From the IMG/VR virus record IMGVR_UViG_3300044712_000568, positions 38,155 to 102,154 of that record: a DNA stretch of 64,000 bases. One strand, 5' to 3'. The notes beneath the pieces are model-generated. The model did no database searches. It saw only the letters and a list, made by a program, of their open reading frames with translations, and was not told the origin of the DNA. A program made the translations under genes and the position numbers. Positions 1-9,017 of this stretch are shown here, piece by piece. This DNA is from a virus. Lineage: Duplodnaviria > Heunggongvirae > Uroviricota > Caudoviricetes. Within the stretch, counting starts at the first letter, position 1, and the number at the start of each line of letters is the position of its first letter.

Positions 1-158
1 CATCATCCGGTCAGCTAAACTTTGTTTCTGTTGGATATAATATCTACAGTAACGCTAAGTTTGGTAAATTTCCAACTGAATTGGCTACATTATCAGCTAC
101 CCATTATAATTATCGTAGCACTTATTCTTTTACTGGAAGACAATGTTACCATATTTAT

Positions 159-632
159 ATGAATAATTTTATTGGTGAGGATGAAGCACTAACTAAGTCA
201 GTAGAAATGAGAAAGAATGACGATTATCTTGGAGTTACAACCAATTTCGTCACCGCATCTACTGCTTATACTTTCAGCCAAGCTGGATTAGATACTCTTA
301 CTGCACTCAAAAAGTGCAAGACTTTCAAAGATTATCAAACTTGGTTTGATGGAGTAAAGCCAGAACTTGAATCACGATTAACTACCTTATTGGTTCAAGA
401 TTTAGCAGTTAGAAAAGCTACTATTCTCATGCTTGATCATTTCCAACACCTTTTAACCCAGCTTGCTATCAATGAAGCTAACTATCTTCCAAAGGAAGAA
501 AAAAAGGTGAGAGGAAAGAAAAAGAAGGAAGAGGAAGCTGAGGCAGAGGACGATACTTCTATTGAAGAAGTTGTCCCAAATGAAACAGACGCAGCAGCAA
601 TTTTAGCTGCTATCACAGGAGAAAGTAAATGA
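159..632 (+). CDS. hypothetical protein with basic/acidic C-terminal tail
   Basis: ORF 81..632; the ATG at 159 is the more plausible start; stop overlaps the next ATG (ATGA coupling). Confidence 0.6.
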   Translation: MNNFIGEDEALTKSVEMRKNDDYLGVTTNFVTASTAYTFSQAGLDTLTALKKCKTFKDYQTWFDGVKPELESRLTTLLVQDLAVRKATILMLDHFQHLLTQLAINEANYLPKEEKKVRGKKKKEEEAEAEDDTSIEEVVPNETDAAAILAAITGESK

Positions 633-1273
633 CACAATTCACAGACGAGGATGAAGGAATCGTCAGTGATCCTAAATTTACAGTTCGATACACTCTCGGA
701 CTGTTCTGTTTAGCAAACTGGCTTTACAATACGCTTATCGTTGGTCCTGAAGGTATTGCTGATTTCAGCACTATCTCTGATGAGGTATTCAATGATAAGA
801 TGTTCTTTGTTGGTGCTTATCAGCAAATTACTGACTTAGTAGCGGATCTCAGTGATCCTCGTATCGTAACTGAAATGATGGATTCCAAGACACTTCTTCT
901 TGATCGACATAAGCTCAAGGAAATGTTCTCTTTGGATGAAACCAAAATGAAGAGTCTTGCCGAACAGGGAGTATCTGTTTATTCCATGTTAGTAGCTAAG
1001 AAGCTAGCAGAGAATACTATCTTTGACGAAGAAATCGTCCCAGAGTCTTACACGACTATTGATGGTTCTGATAAGAATGCAAGTGACTTATCAGTTCCCA
1101 TTTCTTTGGTATTCTCGGTAGATAGCGAGCTACTGGATCGCATTTCTAGGCTTTTGTCTTTGAACGATACAACAATCGTAGGCGAAACTCTCGCTGAATT
1201 GGCAAAGGATGAGAAGATGAGTTGCTTTAAGAACTCTTTCGACTTCCTTTCTCGCATCGACTCAACTCACTAA
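629..1273 (+). CDS. hypothetical protein
   Basis: 214-aa acidic ORF, GGAG RBS, coupled to upstream gene. Confidence 0.7.
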   Translation: MTQFTDEDEGIVSDPKFTVRYTLGLFCLANWLYNTLIVGPEGIADFSTISDEVFNDKMFFVGAYQQITDLVADLSDPRIVTEMMDSKTLLLDRHKLKEMFSLDETKMKSLAEQGVSVYSMLVAKKLAENTIFDEEIVPESYTTIDGSDKNASDLSVPISLVFSVDSELLDRISRLLSLNDTTIVGETLAELAKDEKMSCFKNSFDFLSRIDSTH

Positions 1274-1280
1274 TTCACTT

Positions 1281-1304
1281 ATATTAATAACAATATTAAT
1301 AACA
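1281..1304 (+). repeat. tandem 12-bp direct repeat (ATATTAATAACA x2) upstream of the MoxR RBS
   Basis: seen directly at 1281-1292 and 1293-1304. Confidence 0.7.
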
Positions 1305-1321
1305 ATCATAGGAGAAACATA

Positions 1322-2608
1322 ATGGCTGCTAAGAACCAGACTCTGAGCAAGGACTTTTTCACTAACGCTACTCGCATGACTCTCGCTCAGGTCCAGCAGT
1401 TCCTAACCAATGTGGTTTTGAACACCAATCCTCGTGATCTCGCTCCCATCATTCTTTGGGGTGCTCCTGGTATTGCTAAGTCGGCAATCATTGATTACGT
1501 TTTCGGTAACTCTGATCGCGGTGTGAAAACCGTGATTCTGTCTCAGGTCGGCCCTCTCGATTCTAACGGTCTGCCTCACATCGAGAAGGATGATAACGGC
1601 GTGGATATCACCCGTTTCAGCCAGACCGATACTTTCGGTCGCGGTAAGTTCCACCTTTTCCTCGATGAGCTTAACAACGCTGCTCCCAGCACTCTTGCTG
1701 CTGCTCAGAACTTGCTGAGTTCTAAGTGGATGGGTGGACACTCTTTCGAAGATGTGCATATCATCGCAGCTTGTAATCCTCCTAGCACTAACTCGCTGGC
1801 TAACGATCTGAACTATCCTACCATCAGCCGCTGCATCAACATCGTTGTGGATTATACCCTCGACGATTTCATCAGCTACGCTATGTCTAGCGGTAAGGTT
1901 CATCCTGCCATTACTGCCTTCCACAAGAAGACTTCTGGCCGTTACCTTCAGTGCAAGTGGGCTATCTATCCTGGCACTTCTTACGAGGTTCCTGAGCCTA
2001 TGGCGAATGAGCCTTTCCCTTGCCCTCGTTCTTGGACTCTGGCTTCTAACGCTGTGAATGCTCTCAGTGGTGCGAAGACTAATGCTGTGGTAGATTACTC
2101 GCTTCTGAAGCCTCTGGTTGAAGGTGCGGTTGGTATTCAGGCTGCGTCTGAGTTCGCTACTACTTACGCTTACATGAACCGGATTCCTGATATCGAGAAG
2201 ATTTTCGATGGTTCTCTTGATCCTAAGAAGACCAAGCTCGAAGATAACATCGCTGTTCAGTTCCTTACCATGATGAGCTGCATCAACCACTGCATCGCTA
2301 ACATCAATGAATCTGTCCAGAAGGGTGTATCTGCTCGTGTGGATTCTGATAAGAGCCCTGCCTATAAGCTGCTTGCGGGTATTCACTACTGCATCCGTTT
2401 CATGGGTATTGCTTCTTCTCCTGAACTCGCTACCATGACTCTCCAGGCTGTGACTCGTTCCATGCGTGAGAGCAAGATGTCTCCTGAATTCATGCAGAAG
2501 CTTCTCGGCGGTATTGATAAGGCTAAGGGTCTTAGCCGTGAAGATATCATCCAGTATTCTCGCACCACTAGCTCTAACCAGCTGGACATTCAGGGCTCTA
2601 TCGGGTAA
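1322..2608 (+). CDS. MoxR-family AAA+ ATPase
   Basis: Walker A GAPGIAKS, Walker B LFLDELN, sensor AACNP, C-terminal PCPRSW motif; strong AGGAGA RBS; VWA partner downstream. Confidence 0.9.
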   Translation: MAAKNQTLSKDFFTNATRMTLAQVQQFLTNVVLNTNPRDLAPIILWGAPGIAKSAIIDYVFGNSDRGVKTVILSQVGPLDSNGLPHIEKDDNGVDITRFSQTDTFGRGKFHLFLDELNNAAPSTLAAAQNLLSSKWMGGHSFEDVHIIAACNPPSTNSLANDLNYPTISRCINIVVDYTLDDFISYAMSSGKVHPAITAFHKKTSGRYLQCKWAIYPGTSYEVPEPMANEPFPCPRSWTLASNAVNALSGAKTNAVVDYSLLKPLVEGAVGIQAASEFATTYAYMNRIPDIEKIFDGSLDPKKTKLEDNIAVQFLTMMSCINHCIANINESVQKGVSARVDSDKSPAYKLLAGIHYCIRFMGIASSPELATMTLQAVTRSMRESKMSPEFMQKLLGGIDKAKGLSREDIIQYSRTTSSNQLDIQGSIG

Positions 2609-2628
2609 TTAGCCGGGAGTTGATTTTC

Positions 2629-2673
2629 AATGGTAGTTACTGTGTTTGTAAGAATTCCACAGTAACTACCATT
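2629..2673 (+). terminator. 16-bp perfect hairpin downstream of MoxR (terminator or RNA stability/processing element)
   Basis: AATGGTAGTTACTGTG-N13-CACAGTAACTACCATT; only a short U tract follows. Confidence 0.55.
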
Positions 2674-2706
2674 TGGAAATTAGTAAAAATTTTCTTGGGA
2701 AGATTT

Positions 2707-2940
2707 ATGCCCTTTGTAGTAATAAGCATTCTTTCTGGAGAACAGTGTAATCTATTTCCAAATGAGTTTTGCGCGTATTCTGAATTTCCTTCTGAATGTG
2801 CTGCAGAAACTATTTTAAATTTATGTATAGAAACACATAATGCTAAAGCAGTGATTCATAATGTGGAAAAAAGATTTATGCGAGAAGAATTTCTAATCCT
2901 AGAGAGATCTTCTATTTCAAATACTCCAGAAAAAACATAG
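2707..2940 (+). CDS. small 'IPxG...EF' paralog family member (divergent)
   Basis: MPFVVISILSGE...FPSECAAETIL...EEFLILE; start moved to the ATG at 2707, after the hairpin. Confidence 0.55.
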   Translation: MPFVVISILSGEQCNLFPNEFCAYSEFPSECAAETILNLCIETHNAKAVIHNVEKRFMREEFLILERSSISNTPEKT

Positions 2941-2947
2941 GAGATTT

Positions 2948-3253
2948 ATGGCATGGGAAGTGTTATGCCTAGTTACAAATGAAACCATCATCATGAATAT
3001 TCCAAACGATGATGGAATTATGGTTAGCACAAGTAGTTGGCGTAGTAAAGCAGACGCTAATTGGGCGATAAAAAAACTAGTAATATATTACAATGACATG
3101 TTAGAGATCTTCTTAGAAGGATACCCTGGAGAAACATCTAGGAAATTTGAAATCTCTAATCATCAACCGCTAACAATTTTTGATTTTGAGGCGGTTAAAG
3201 CACACAAGAAAGAACCTTCATCAAAGAAGAGGAGAACCAAAAATGTCAGCTAA
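2948..3253 (+). CDS. small 'IPxG...EF' paralog family member (divergent)
   Basis: MAWEVLCLVTNE...WRSKADANWAI...FDFEAVK; AGGAG RBS. Confidence 0.55.
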   Translation: MAWEVLCLVTNETIIMNIPNDDGIMVSTSSWRSKADANWAIKKLVIYYNDMLEIFLEGYPGETSRKFEISNHQPLTIFDFEAVKAHKKEPSSKKRRTKNVS

Positions 3254-4607
3254 AGTTGGCGAGGACATTAAGGCATTTTACGAAGATCTGATTAATAATC
3301 AGTGGGATAAGATTGATGAGCCTAATGTCAATCTTCCAGCTCTTCGTTCATTCATTATCAAAACGATCCCGTTCTATGCTTCTGCTTTGCAGTTGGTAGA
3401 TATTGAGATCATCAATAACAAAAAGAATCTTCCTAGCTTTGGTTTTACCAATGGCTATAAGATTTTCATCAGTCCTAAGCTCTACAAGATTCATGGAATG
3501 GTGGTAGAAAAGTCTGGCAAGCCTTGGTTCAAAACTCCAGAGCTTGGTATTACTTTCACTATTCTTCACGAAATCGGACATCTGGTGTTTGATTCCTTTG
3601 GTAGACTTCAGCATCGCTCTCATGAACTTTGGAATGTTGCTACTGATTATCAGATCAATCAATTCGTTGCACGAATCATGAAGGAATCTGGAGTTTTCAA
3701 GTCTGATAAGTCTTACACAGACTTCATGGAAGTAATCAATAAGAACTTCGTGTTCGATCCAGGTAAATATTCTAAGCTTAGTGCCGAAGCCACTTATGAC
3801 GATCTGTATAAGGTCGGTATGAGAGGTAAGGATTACGGTGGTTGGAGTATGAATGGAGATATGGTTGGTGACGGTTCCGGCGCTGATGAAGATGGTAAGC
3901 CTTTGACTCCAGAAGAGCAGATGGCTAGAGATATCATCAAATCTGAATTGAAGGACTATTCAACTAAGAATGCTACTAAGCTTCCCGGTCACGGTTCTTC
4001 ATATGGTCGTGAATTTGAACTTCAGCTTGAACCTCCAAAGGTTAATCTGAGACAGATTCTCAAACATATCACTGATCGTGAAAATACGGAAGATTACGGT
4101 TATAGTCGCCGTGGTTCTCGTATGGATCACATGATGAGTGGTAATATTCGACTTCCTTCGGTTGTCGAATCTAACCCCGATAAGATTCGTAAGGTCATGG
4201 TGGTTCTTGATTGTTCTGGCTCGATGAGTTCAGAACAGCTTAATGATGCGCTTAACATTATCCGTGAGGTTATGGCTAAGCACACCAAGAATCCAGTCCA
4301 TTTGATTCTTCATACGGATACGGTTAACTTCTCTGCTGCCATTAAGGATTACTCAGAAGTTCCTCGCAACATTACTGGTGGCACTGCTTTCCAGCCTGTG
4401 TTGGATGAAATCGAGCGCCTTAGGAAGAAAGAGAATGTTATTCCGAGTGCTGTGATTTGGGTGACTGACCTTTACGGTGAGCTCTCTCAGGAAGATTACA
4501 ATGTTCGGAAGTTCCCGTTCTATAAGAAGCTCAGCTGGATTATCTCCGGATCTAATCTGGAAAGTCCTATCGGTCGTAACTATTGGATCGATGAAGTTGG
4601 CGATTAA
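3243..4607 (+). CDS. HExxH metallopeptidase-like + VWA domain protein (DUF2201-type MoxR partner)
   Basis: FTNG, ILHEIGH, WNVATDYQIN; MIDAS DCSGS, GGTAF, VTD; AGGAG RBS before ATG 3243. Confidence 0.88.
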   Translation: MSAKVGEDIKAFYEDLINNQWDKIDEPNVNLPALRSFIIKTIPFYASALQLVDIEIINNKKNLPSFGFTNGYKIFISPKLYKIHGMVVEKSGKPWFKTPELGITFTILHEIGHLVFDSFGRLQHRSHELWNVATDYQINQFVARIMKESGVFKSDKSYTDFMEVINKNFVFDPGKYSKLSAEATYDDLYKVGMRGKDYGGWSMNGDMVGDGSGADEDGKPLTPEEQMARDIIKSELKDYSTKNATKLPGHGSSYGREFELQLEPPKVNLRQILKHITDRENTEDYGYSRRGSRMDHMMSGNIRLPSVVESNPDKIRKVMVVLDCSGSMSSEQLNDALNIIREVMAKHTKNPVHLILHTDTVNFSAAIKDYSEVPRNITGGTAFQPVLDEIERLRKKENVIPSAVIWVTDLYGELSQEDYNVRKFPFYKKLSWIISGSNLESPIGRNYWIDEVGD

Positions 4608-4615
4608 TGCTGATC

Positions 4616-4650
4616 GGGAGAGTCGTAATAATGCGGCTCTCCCTTTCCTT
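4616..4650 (+). terminator. Rho-independent terminator
   Basis: GGGAGAGTCG-loop-CGGCTCTCCC followed by TTTCCTTT. Confidence 0.7.
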
Positions 4651-4661
4651 TGGAGGATTTG

Positions 4662-5003
4662 ATGAAAACTTCGCGTGTTTACTGGGAAATGACTAAGTTA
4701 GTTGGATCTGGCGGAAAGGCTTCTGTTAAGACTGTGTCTAAGGGAACTTTACCTTATGGTATTACCAAAGTTATGAATGATTATATTCTTACTAGGTATA
4801 ATTGGGATAGAATTGAACGAGTGAATTATTATCCGACCCCATCTGGTAGTAATACTTTCCGTCTTTATGGAAATCATGGAGTAGTTTTAGTTGATAAACT
4901 TACTACTCTCCATATTCATGTAGTTCAAGAAGATGACGATCGTTACGATATGCCTTTTGATATTGCTTTAGACAAAGCCTTAGAAAAGGCTGCATCGCTA
5001 TAA
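4662..5003 (+). CDS. hypothetical protein
   Basis: ORF with GGAGG RBS before ATG 4662. Confidence 0.65.
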   Translation: MKTSRVYWEMTKLVGSGGKASVKTVSKGTLPYGITKVMNDYILTRYNWDRIERVNYYPTPSGSNTFRLYGNHGVVLVDKLTTLHIHVVQEDDDRYDMPFDIALDKALEKAASL

Positions 5004-5025
5004 TTCTAAATACTTGTGGAAGTAT

Positions 5026-5265
5026 ATGATTAAGATTTTGTATGTTCCTGCAGGACAATATCTACATTTTATGATCGATGGTGCTGGAAGGCTTACTGTA
5101 GATTTCGAATCCTCTTCTCTACATATTCGTAATGGATGGTATCCAGATAGATTGTTTAATTCTATATGCCAAGAAGATTCTCTTACTTGGGCTGTTTTGT
5201 GCAGAAACAACAAAATACCGCCATCAACTCCAGTAAGAGAAGAATTTGAAGTAATTTACGACTAG
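5026..5265 (+). CDS. small 'IPxG...EF' paralog family member
   Basis: MIKILYVPAGQY...REEFEVIYD*. Confidence 0.75.
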   Translation: MIKILYVPAGQYLHFMIDGAGRLTVDFESSSLHIRNGWYPDRLFNSICQEDSLTWAVLCRNNKIPPSTPVREEFEVIYD

Positions 5266-5340
5266 GATTAATACCAGGGTGGTGCCTATCAAGATTCATT
5301 GGATAGCGACGATACTATAGGCACTTGAGGAGAACTCTTT

Positions 5341-5796
5341 ATGAGTGATGCATTTATGAGACTTGTTCAATATGACAAGCTATCCAAACTTTCATCGGAT
5401 GACCTTAAAAATGTGAAAAATATTCACGTTCTTTTTGACGAGTCCGATCCAAATTCTGTAATGGCAACTTTATCTGTTGATGAAAACGGTAAGATTTCTA
5501 GAGCAGAACATTACGAATCTTTAAAAGAGTTTTCTACTGTAGCTATGAAAGAATTGCTAACACTTTACGCTAAGCGTGTGATTATCGATTCTGACACAGA
5601 GTATTATACTGCGGATGATCCAAAGCTACATTCATTTTTATCAAAGCTTTCTTATCCTGGTGTAGAAATGGTTTGTCATAATCTGACAGATTTTTCGACC
5701 CAGTTTAAGTCAGGTAAGGTAACTCTGAAACTTCCGCGATCTGGAACAACTAGGCCTAATTCTAAGAGGCCGATGAAATCTACTGCGGCCAATTAA
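5341..5796 (+). CDS. hypothetical protein
   Basis: 151-aa ORF, GAGGAG RBS. Confidence 0.7.
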   Translation: MSDAFMRLVQYDKLSKLSSDDLKNVKNIHVLFDESDPNSVMATLSVDENGKISRAEHYESLKEFSTVAMKELLTLYAKRVIIDSDTEYYTADDPKLHSFLSKLSYPGVEMVCHNLTDFSTQFKSGKVTLKLPRSGTTRPNSKRPMKSTAAN

Positions 5797-5815
5797 TAGG
5801 TCATTTGGAGGAAAC

Positions 5816-6646
5816 ATGCTAGGATTTGACGATATCAAAAATGATATTCCCAAAGTTATTGATTACTTGGACAGAGAATTTTTCTCTGATTCTACTGTGA
5901 CAATGATGAATGATGAGTATCTAAAGAAGGCTATTCGTGAACGCCTTTGCCAGATCGTCTTTAAACATGAGGGATTAGCTCCTCTTAATACTGACGGACA
6001 TGCGCTTTCTAAGGCTATGTTACGTTCGTCCTTGTCACCCGAGGATATTAATTTCATTCTTAATGCTACACTGAAAGTATCAGATGTTCAGATTAGCATT
6101 AAGGCTACAGCAGATGAAGCTACTGCTGAAGATGGCGACAAAAAGAAGGATAGTGAAGAGGAAACTGTAGAAAATGCTAATGCTATGATTAAGGCCAAGA
6201 TGGAATCTATGGGTTCCATTGAAAACTTGATCGGTATCATTAGGGATAATCTCGGAACTTCTCGAATTGTTCCTGTCCCATCAGCAGAGTCTGCTATGGA
6301 AGCTATGATGGCTAAGATGGCGGGCAATCCGCAGGCAGAACCTGTATTGGATATGCTTTCTATTGAGCGCCCTTTAGAGCTAAATTTGAATTTTGTTGAT
6401 CTCACAAAGATTAGCAATACTCAGATTTTTCAGTTCTTGAATGTTCTCATGGCATCTGATTCAAATAGCTCTCTTGAAGTTACTCTTCCAATTGATGCCT
6501 TTATTGATCCAGTAAAGGATTTTCTTAGGACTGATTTAGAACCTGTGCTACAAGCGGCTGTTGATTTTGCGCATAATTCTGCAAAGAATTCAATTAGCTT
6601 TACTGCTGCTCCGGATCCATATAAGGCTCTTTTCGAAACGCTATGA
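5816..6646 (+). CDS. hypothetical protein
   Basis: 276-aa ORF, GGAGG RBS. Confidence 0.7.
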   Translation: MLGFDDIKNDIPKVIDYLDREFFSDSTVTMMNDEYLKKAIRERLCQIVFKHEGLAPLNTDGHALSKAMLRSSLSPEDINFILNATLKVSDVQISIKATADEATAEDGDKKKDSEEETVENANAMIKAKMESMGSIENLIGIIRDNLGTSRIVPVPSAESAMEAMMAKMAGNPQAEPVLDMLSIERPLELNLNFVDLTKISNTQIFQFLNVLMASDSNSSLEVTLPIDAFIDPVKDFLRTDLEPVLQAAVDFAHNSAKNSISFTAAPDPYKALFETL

Positions 6647-7075
6647 AGCATGACGTAAAAGATATGCTATCATATTTTGTAATGTGGTAGCATTTTCTTT
6701 TACTAGTCCAAGAGCAGTATTGCAATTAGAGCATAATAATCCTCTAATATTCAAAGTAGTATGATCATGATCGACGCAAAGTTTATCTTTACTTAAACAA
6801 ATAGCACATTGTTCTTGTTGGTTATTTAACAAAGATAAATATTGTTCTTCGCTTAATTTATAAGTATACCAACGATATTTTGAGCTAGTTCTTGGGTGAG
6901 TTTTACGATAGTTTTTATTTTTTTGTGTTTCTCTTTCAATATTATCGTAATAACTTTGTTTCCGTCTAGCATTACTGCATTGTTTGCAATAGTTACTTAA
7001 CTTATCCTTATTTGTTTTAGACTTATGAAATTCGGTGAGTTCTTTAGTTATTTTACAAGTGATGCATTGTTTCAT
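6641..7075 (-). CDS. endonuclease VII-family (His-Me finger) nuclease with N-terminal zinc finger, homing-endonuclease-like
   Basis: CxxC...CxxC N-terminus; QQEQCAIC...VDHDH...IRGLLCSNCNTALG. Confidence 0.88.
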   Translation of the reverse strand: MKQCITCKITKELTEFHKSKTNKDKLSNYCKQCSNARRKQSYYDNIERETQKNKNYRKTHPRTSSKYRWYTYKLSEEQYLSLLNNQQEQCAICLSKDKLCVDHDHTTLNIRGLLCSNCNTALGLVKENATTLQNMIAYLLRHAS

Positions 7076-7086
7076 TTTGTAACCCC

Positions 7087-7099
7087 ATTTAATTTAATT
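7087..7099 (-). promoter_or_regulatory. putative late promoter box (AATTAAAT, two overlapping copies) for the EndoVII gene
   Basis: same box and spacing as upstream of minus-strand virion genes. Confidence 0.45.
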
Positions 7100-7122
7100 A
7101 ACCCCAAGTGCGGATGCATTCC

Positions 7123-8250
7123 ATGTCTTTAACTATATTCACAGAATCTAATGGAGTCTATGCTGGGTCTAATACTCCACAGTTCACTCAATTAGAATAC
7201 TTAGTATCTACGGCCATCAAAACTAAAACCCAAATACCTTCACTCGGACTTTTCGGGGAAGCATCTACTGGTAAAACCTCTTCAGCTAAGTTACTAGCTC
7301 AGGCCGCTGGGTATCGTTATTTGTATTTTAATGCCTCGTCACTCTCATTAGCGAATTTTTACAAGACAATTTCTGCTCCAGCCATTGATTTAATGGTTGA
7401 AAAGAAAGATTGTAAGGTTCGAAACAGGGCCTTCGAACGAGTTTATATTTATGAGTCTCAGACACCTTTTCTGATTCTTATCGATGAAGCTCACGATCTT
7501 AGTAAGGATTTACAAACATTATTTTTGTCTCTTTTAGACCAGAAAGATGTGTTAAATCCAAATGAAGAAGTAAATACAATTAGCATCAGAAATGTTACTT
7601 TTGTGTTTGCTACTACAGATTCTTCGAAACTCTCATATCCATTGACGACACGGCTTTTTAATATTACATTTGACCAGTATTCTAAAGAAGATATTATGAA
7701 TATTGTGCGAATGAAATATAAGCTGATCTCCAACGGTGGCTTACAAATTATTGCCCAATGTGCAAAGTTAGTCCCAAGAGTTGCAATTTCCTATGCGGAA
7801 CAATTGACAAGTATGCATCCAGACAAACCAATCACAGAACAGCAAGTAGAAGAATTTGCTAAGAAAGCCTTAGCAATGGAAACCAACGGAATTGACGCTA
7901 TTGATAAGAGAATCCTTCTCTATCTAGCAAATAACAAAAAGAGAATTGCTCCAGTTGATGAAATTTCATTGCAGGCATTTAAGGAAGTAGTAGCAAGATT
8001 TGAAAAGAAGGGCGTAGATAAACTGTCTAGCTCTGAGCATAAGGAATATAATCGCAATGTATTTAATGTAGCAATGCTTGAGCATAAACTCGCTACTGCT
8101 GAGTATGTTGCAAAGTCTCGCCAAGATATTTCCCTGGCTTGTCGAGTGTTAGATCTAGGAGATCTGGAAAAGAGACTTTCGTATCTTGAGAAATTAAGTA
8201 TGATAGTCAAGACTCCTAAGGGAATAATGTTAGATGAGCAATACAGGTAA
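7123..8250 (+). CDS. ruvB: RuvB-like Holliday junction branch-migration AAA+ ATPase
   Basis: GEASTGKT, ILIDEAH, FATT, PLTTR, FDQYSKEDIMNIV, PRVA, GIDAIDKRIL all match RuvB motif order; start uncertain. Confidence 0.8.
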   Translation: MSLTIFTESNGVYAGSNTPQFTQLEYLVSTAIKTKTQIPSLGLFGEASTGKTSSAKLLAQAAGYRYLYFNASSLSLANFYKTISAPAIDLMVEKKDCKVRNRAFERVYIYESQTPFLILIDEAHDLSKDLQTLFLSLLDQKDVLNPNEEVNTISIRNVTFVFATTDSSKLSYPLTTRLFNITFDQYSKEDIMNIVRMKYKLISNGGLQIIAQCAKLVPRVAISYAEQLTSMHPDKPITEQQVEEFAKKALAMETNGIDAIDKRILLYLANNKKRIAPVDEISLQAFKEVVARFEKKGVDKLSSSEHKEYNRNVFNVAMLEHKLATAEYVAKSRQDISLACRVLDLGDLEKRLSYLEKLSMIVKTPKGIMLDEQYR

Positions 8251-8704
8251 TATAATGTCAGAATTGAGTGAGGATCATATAAAGTTTTTGGTCCTTACTG
8301 CTGATATAGTGGGCCATACTATCTCTAACCAAGGCTGGATTAGGGCTAAATCATACCTCTCGCCAGCTGAGAAGTTTAGGATTACTGACCCAATAATGAT
8401 GGCACCTGAGTTGTTTGCGAAGGCTACAATACAGCCTTTTAATCATATTGTTTACAAAGAGCGTGAGAAGATCCGAATCTATGTAAAATATGACTTTCTA
8501 ACATACGAAAATGCGGCTTGCAACGAATTTCTTCTTCGGGGGGCCCCATTCGATAAACCGCAAAGTATTGATTTGCCGGGTGTTACCCATGTTGTGAGTA
8601 GGTCGGTTGATGACCCTAACAAAATTATTGGAATAGTCTCTGTAGAAAAAACGGAACTTGCCGATATATACAATAGGTTGTTAGAAATACTACCAACAAG
8701 GTAG
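8234..8704 (+). CDS. hypothetical protein
   Basis: 156-aa ORF overlapping the RuvB-like gene; no RuvA motifs recognised. Confidence 0.6.
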   Translation: MSNTGNIMSELSEDHIKFLVLTADIVGHTISNQGWIRAKSYLSPAEKFRITDPIMMAPELFAKATIQPFNHIVYKEREKIRIYVKYDFLTYENAACNEFLLRGAPFDKPQSIDLPGVTHVVSRSVDDPNKIIGIVSVEKTELADIYNRLLEILPTR

Positions 8705-8744
8705 GAAAGATACATCCGATTAATATTCGAAAATGGAGGTCGTA

Positions 8745-9017
8745 ATGACTAAGAAAGAACTCGCAATTGCCATTGCCGAAAAGGGCAATGTATCTCAGGC
8801 TAAGGCTGCTGAGATGATCGATATGGTTATTGATACCATTCGTGAGAGCCTGGAAGCTGGCTCAGAAGTAACCGTTCGTGGCTTTGGTGCCTTTAAGCCC
8901 GTTAAGTCCGCTCCTCGTAGCGGTCGTAACCTTCGCACTAAGGAACGTGTCGTGATTCCTGCCAAGACACGCGTCAAGTTTAAGAGCTACATGGAAGAGA
9001 AGGAAGTCGCTGAGTAA
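8745..9017 (+). CDS. hup: HU/IHF-family DNA-binding protein
   Basis: MTKKELAIAIA...VRGFGAF...GRNLRT...IPAK...KFK; GGAGG RBS. Confidence 0.95.
   Translation: MTKKELAIAIAEKGNVSQAKAAEMIDMVIDTIRESLEAGSEVTVRGFGAFKPVKSAPRSGRNLRTKERVVIPAKTRVKFKSYMEEKEVAE

Noticed and set aside
1403-2386. 327-aa antisense ORF, and other antisense ORFs in the track
   Set aside because: Shadow frames of strongly codon-biased genes; no RBS or recognisable motifs.
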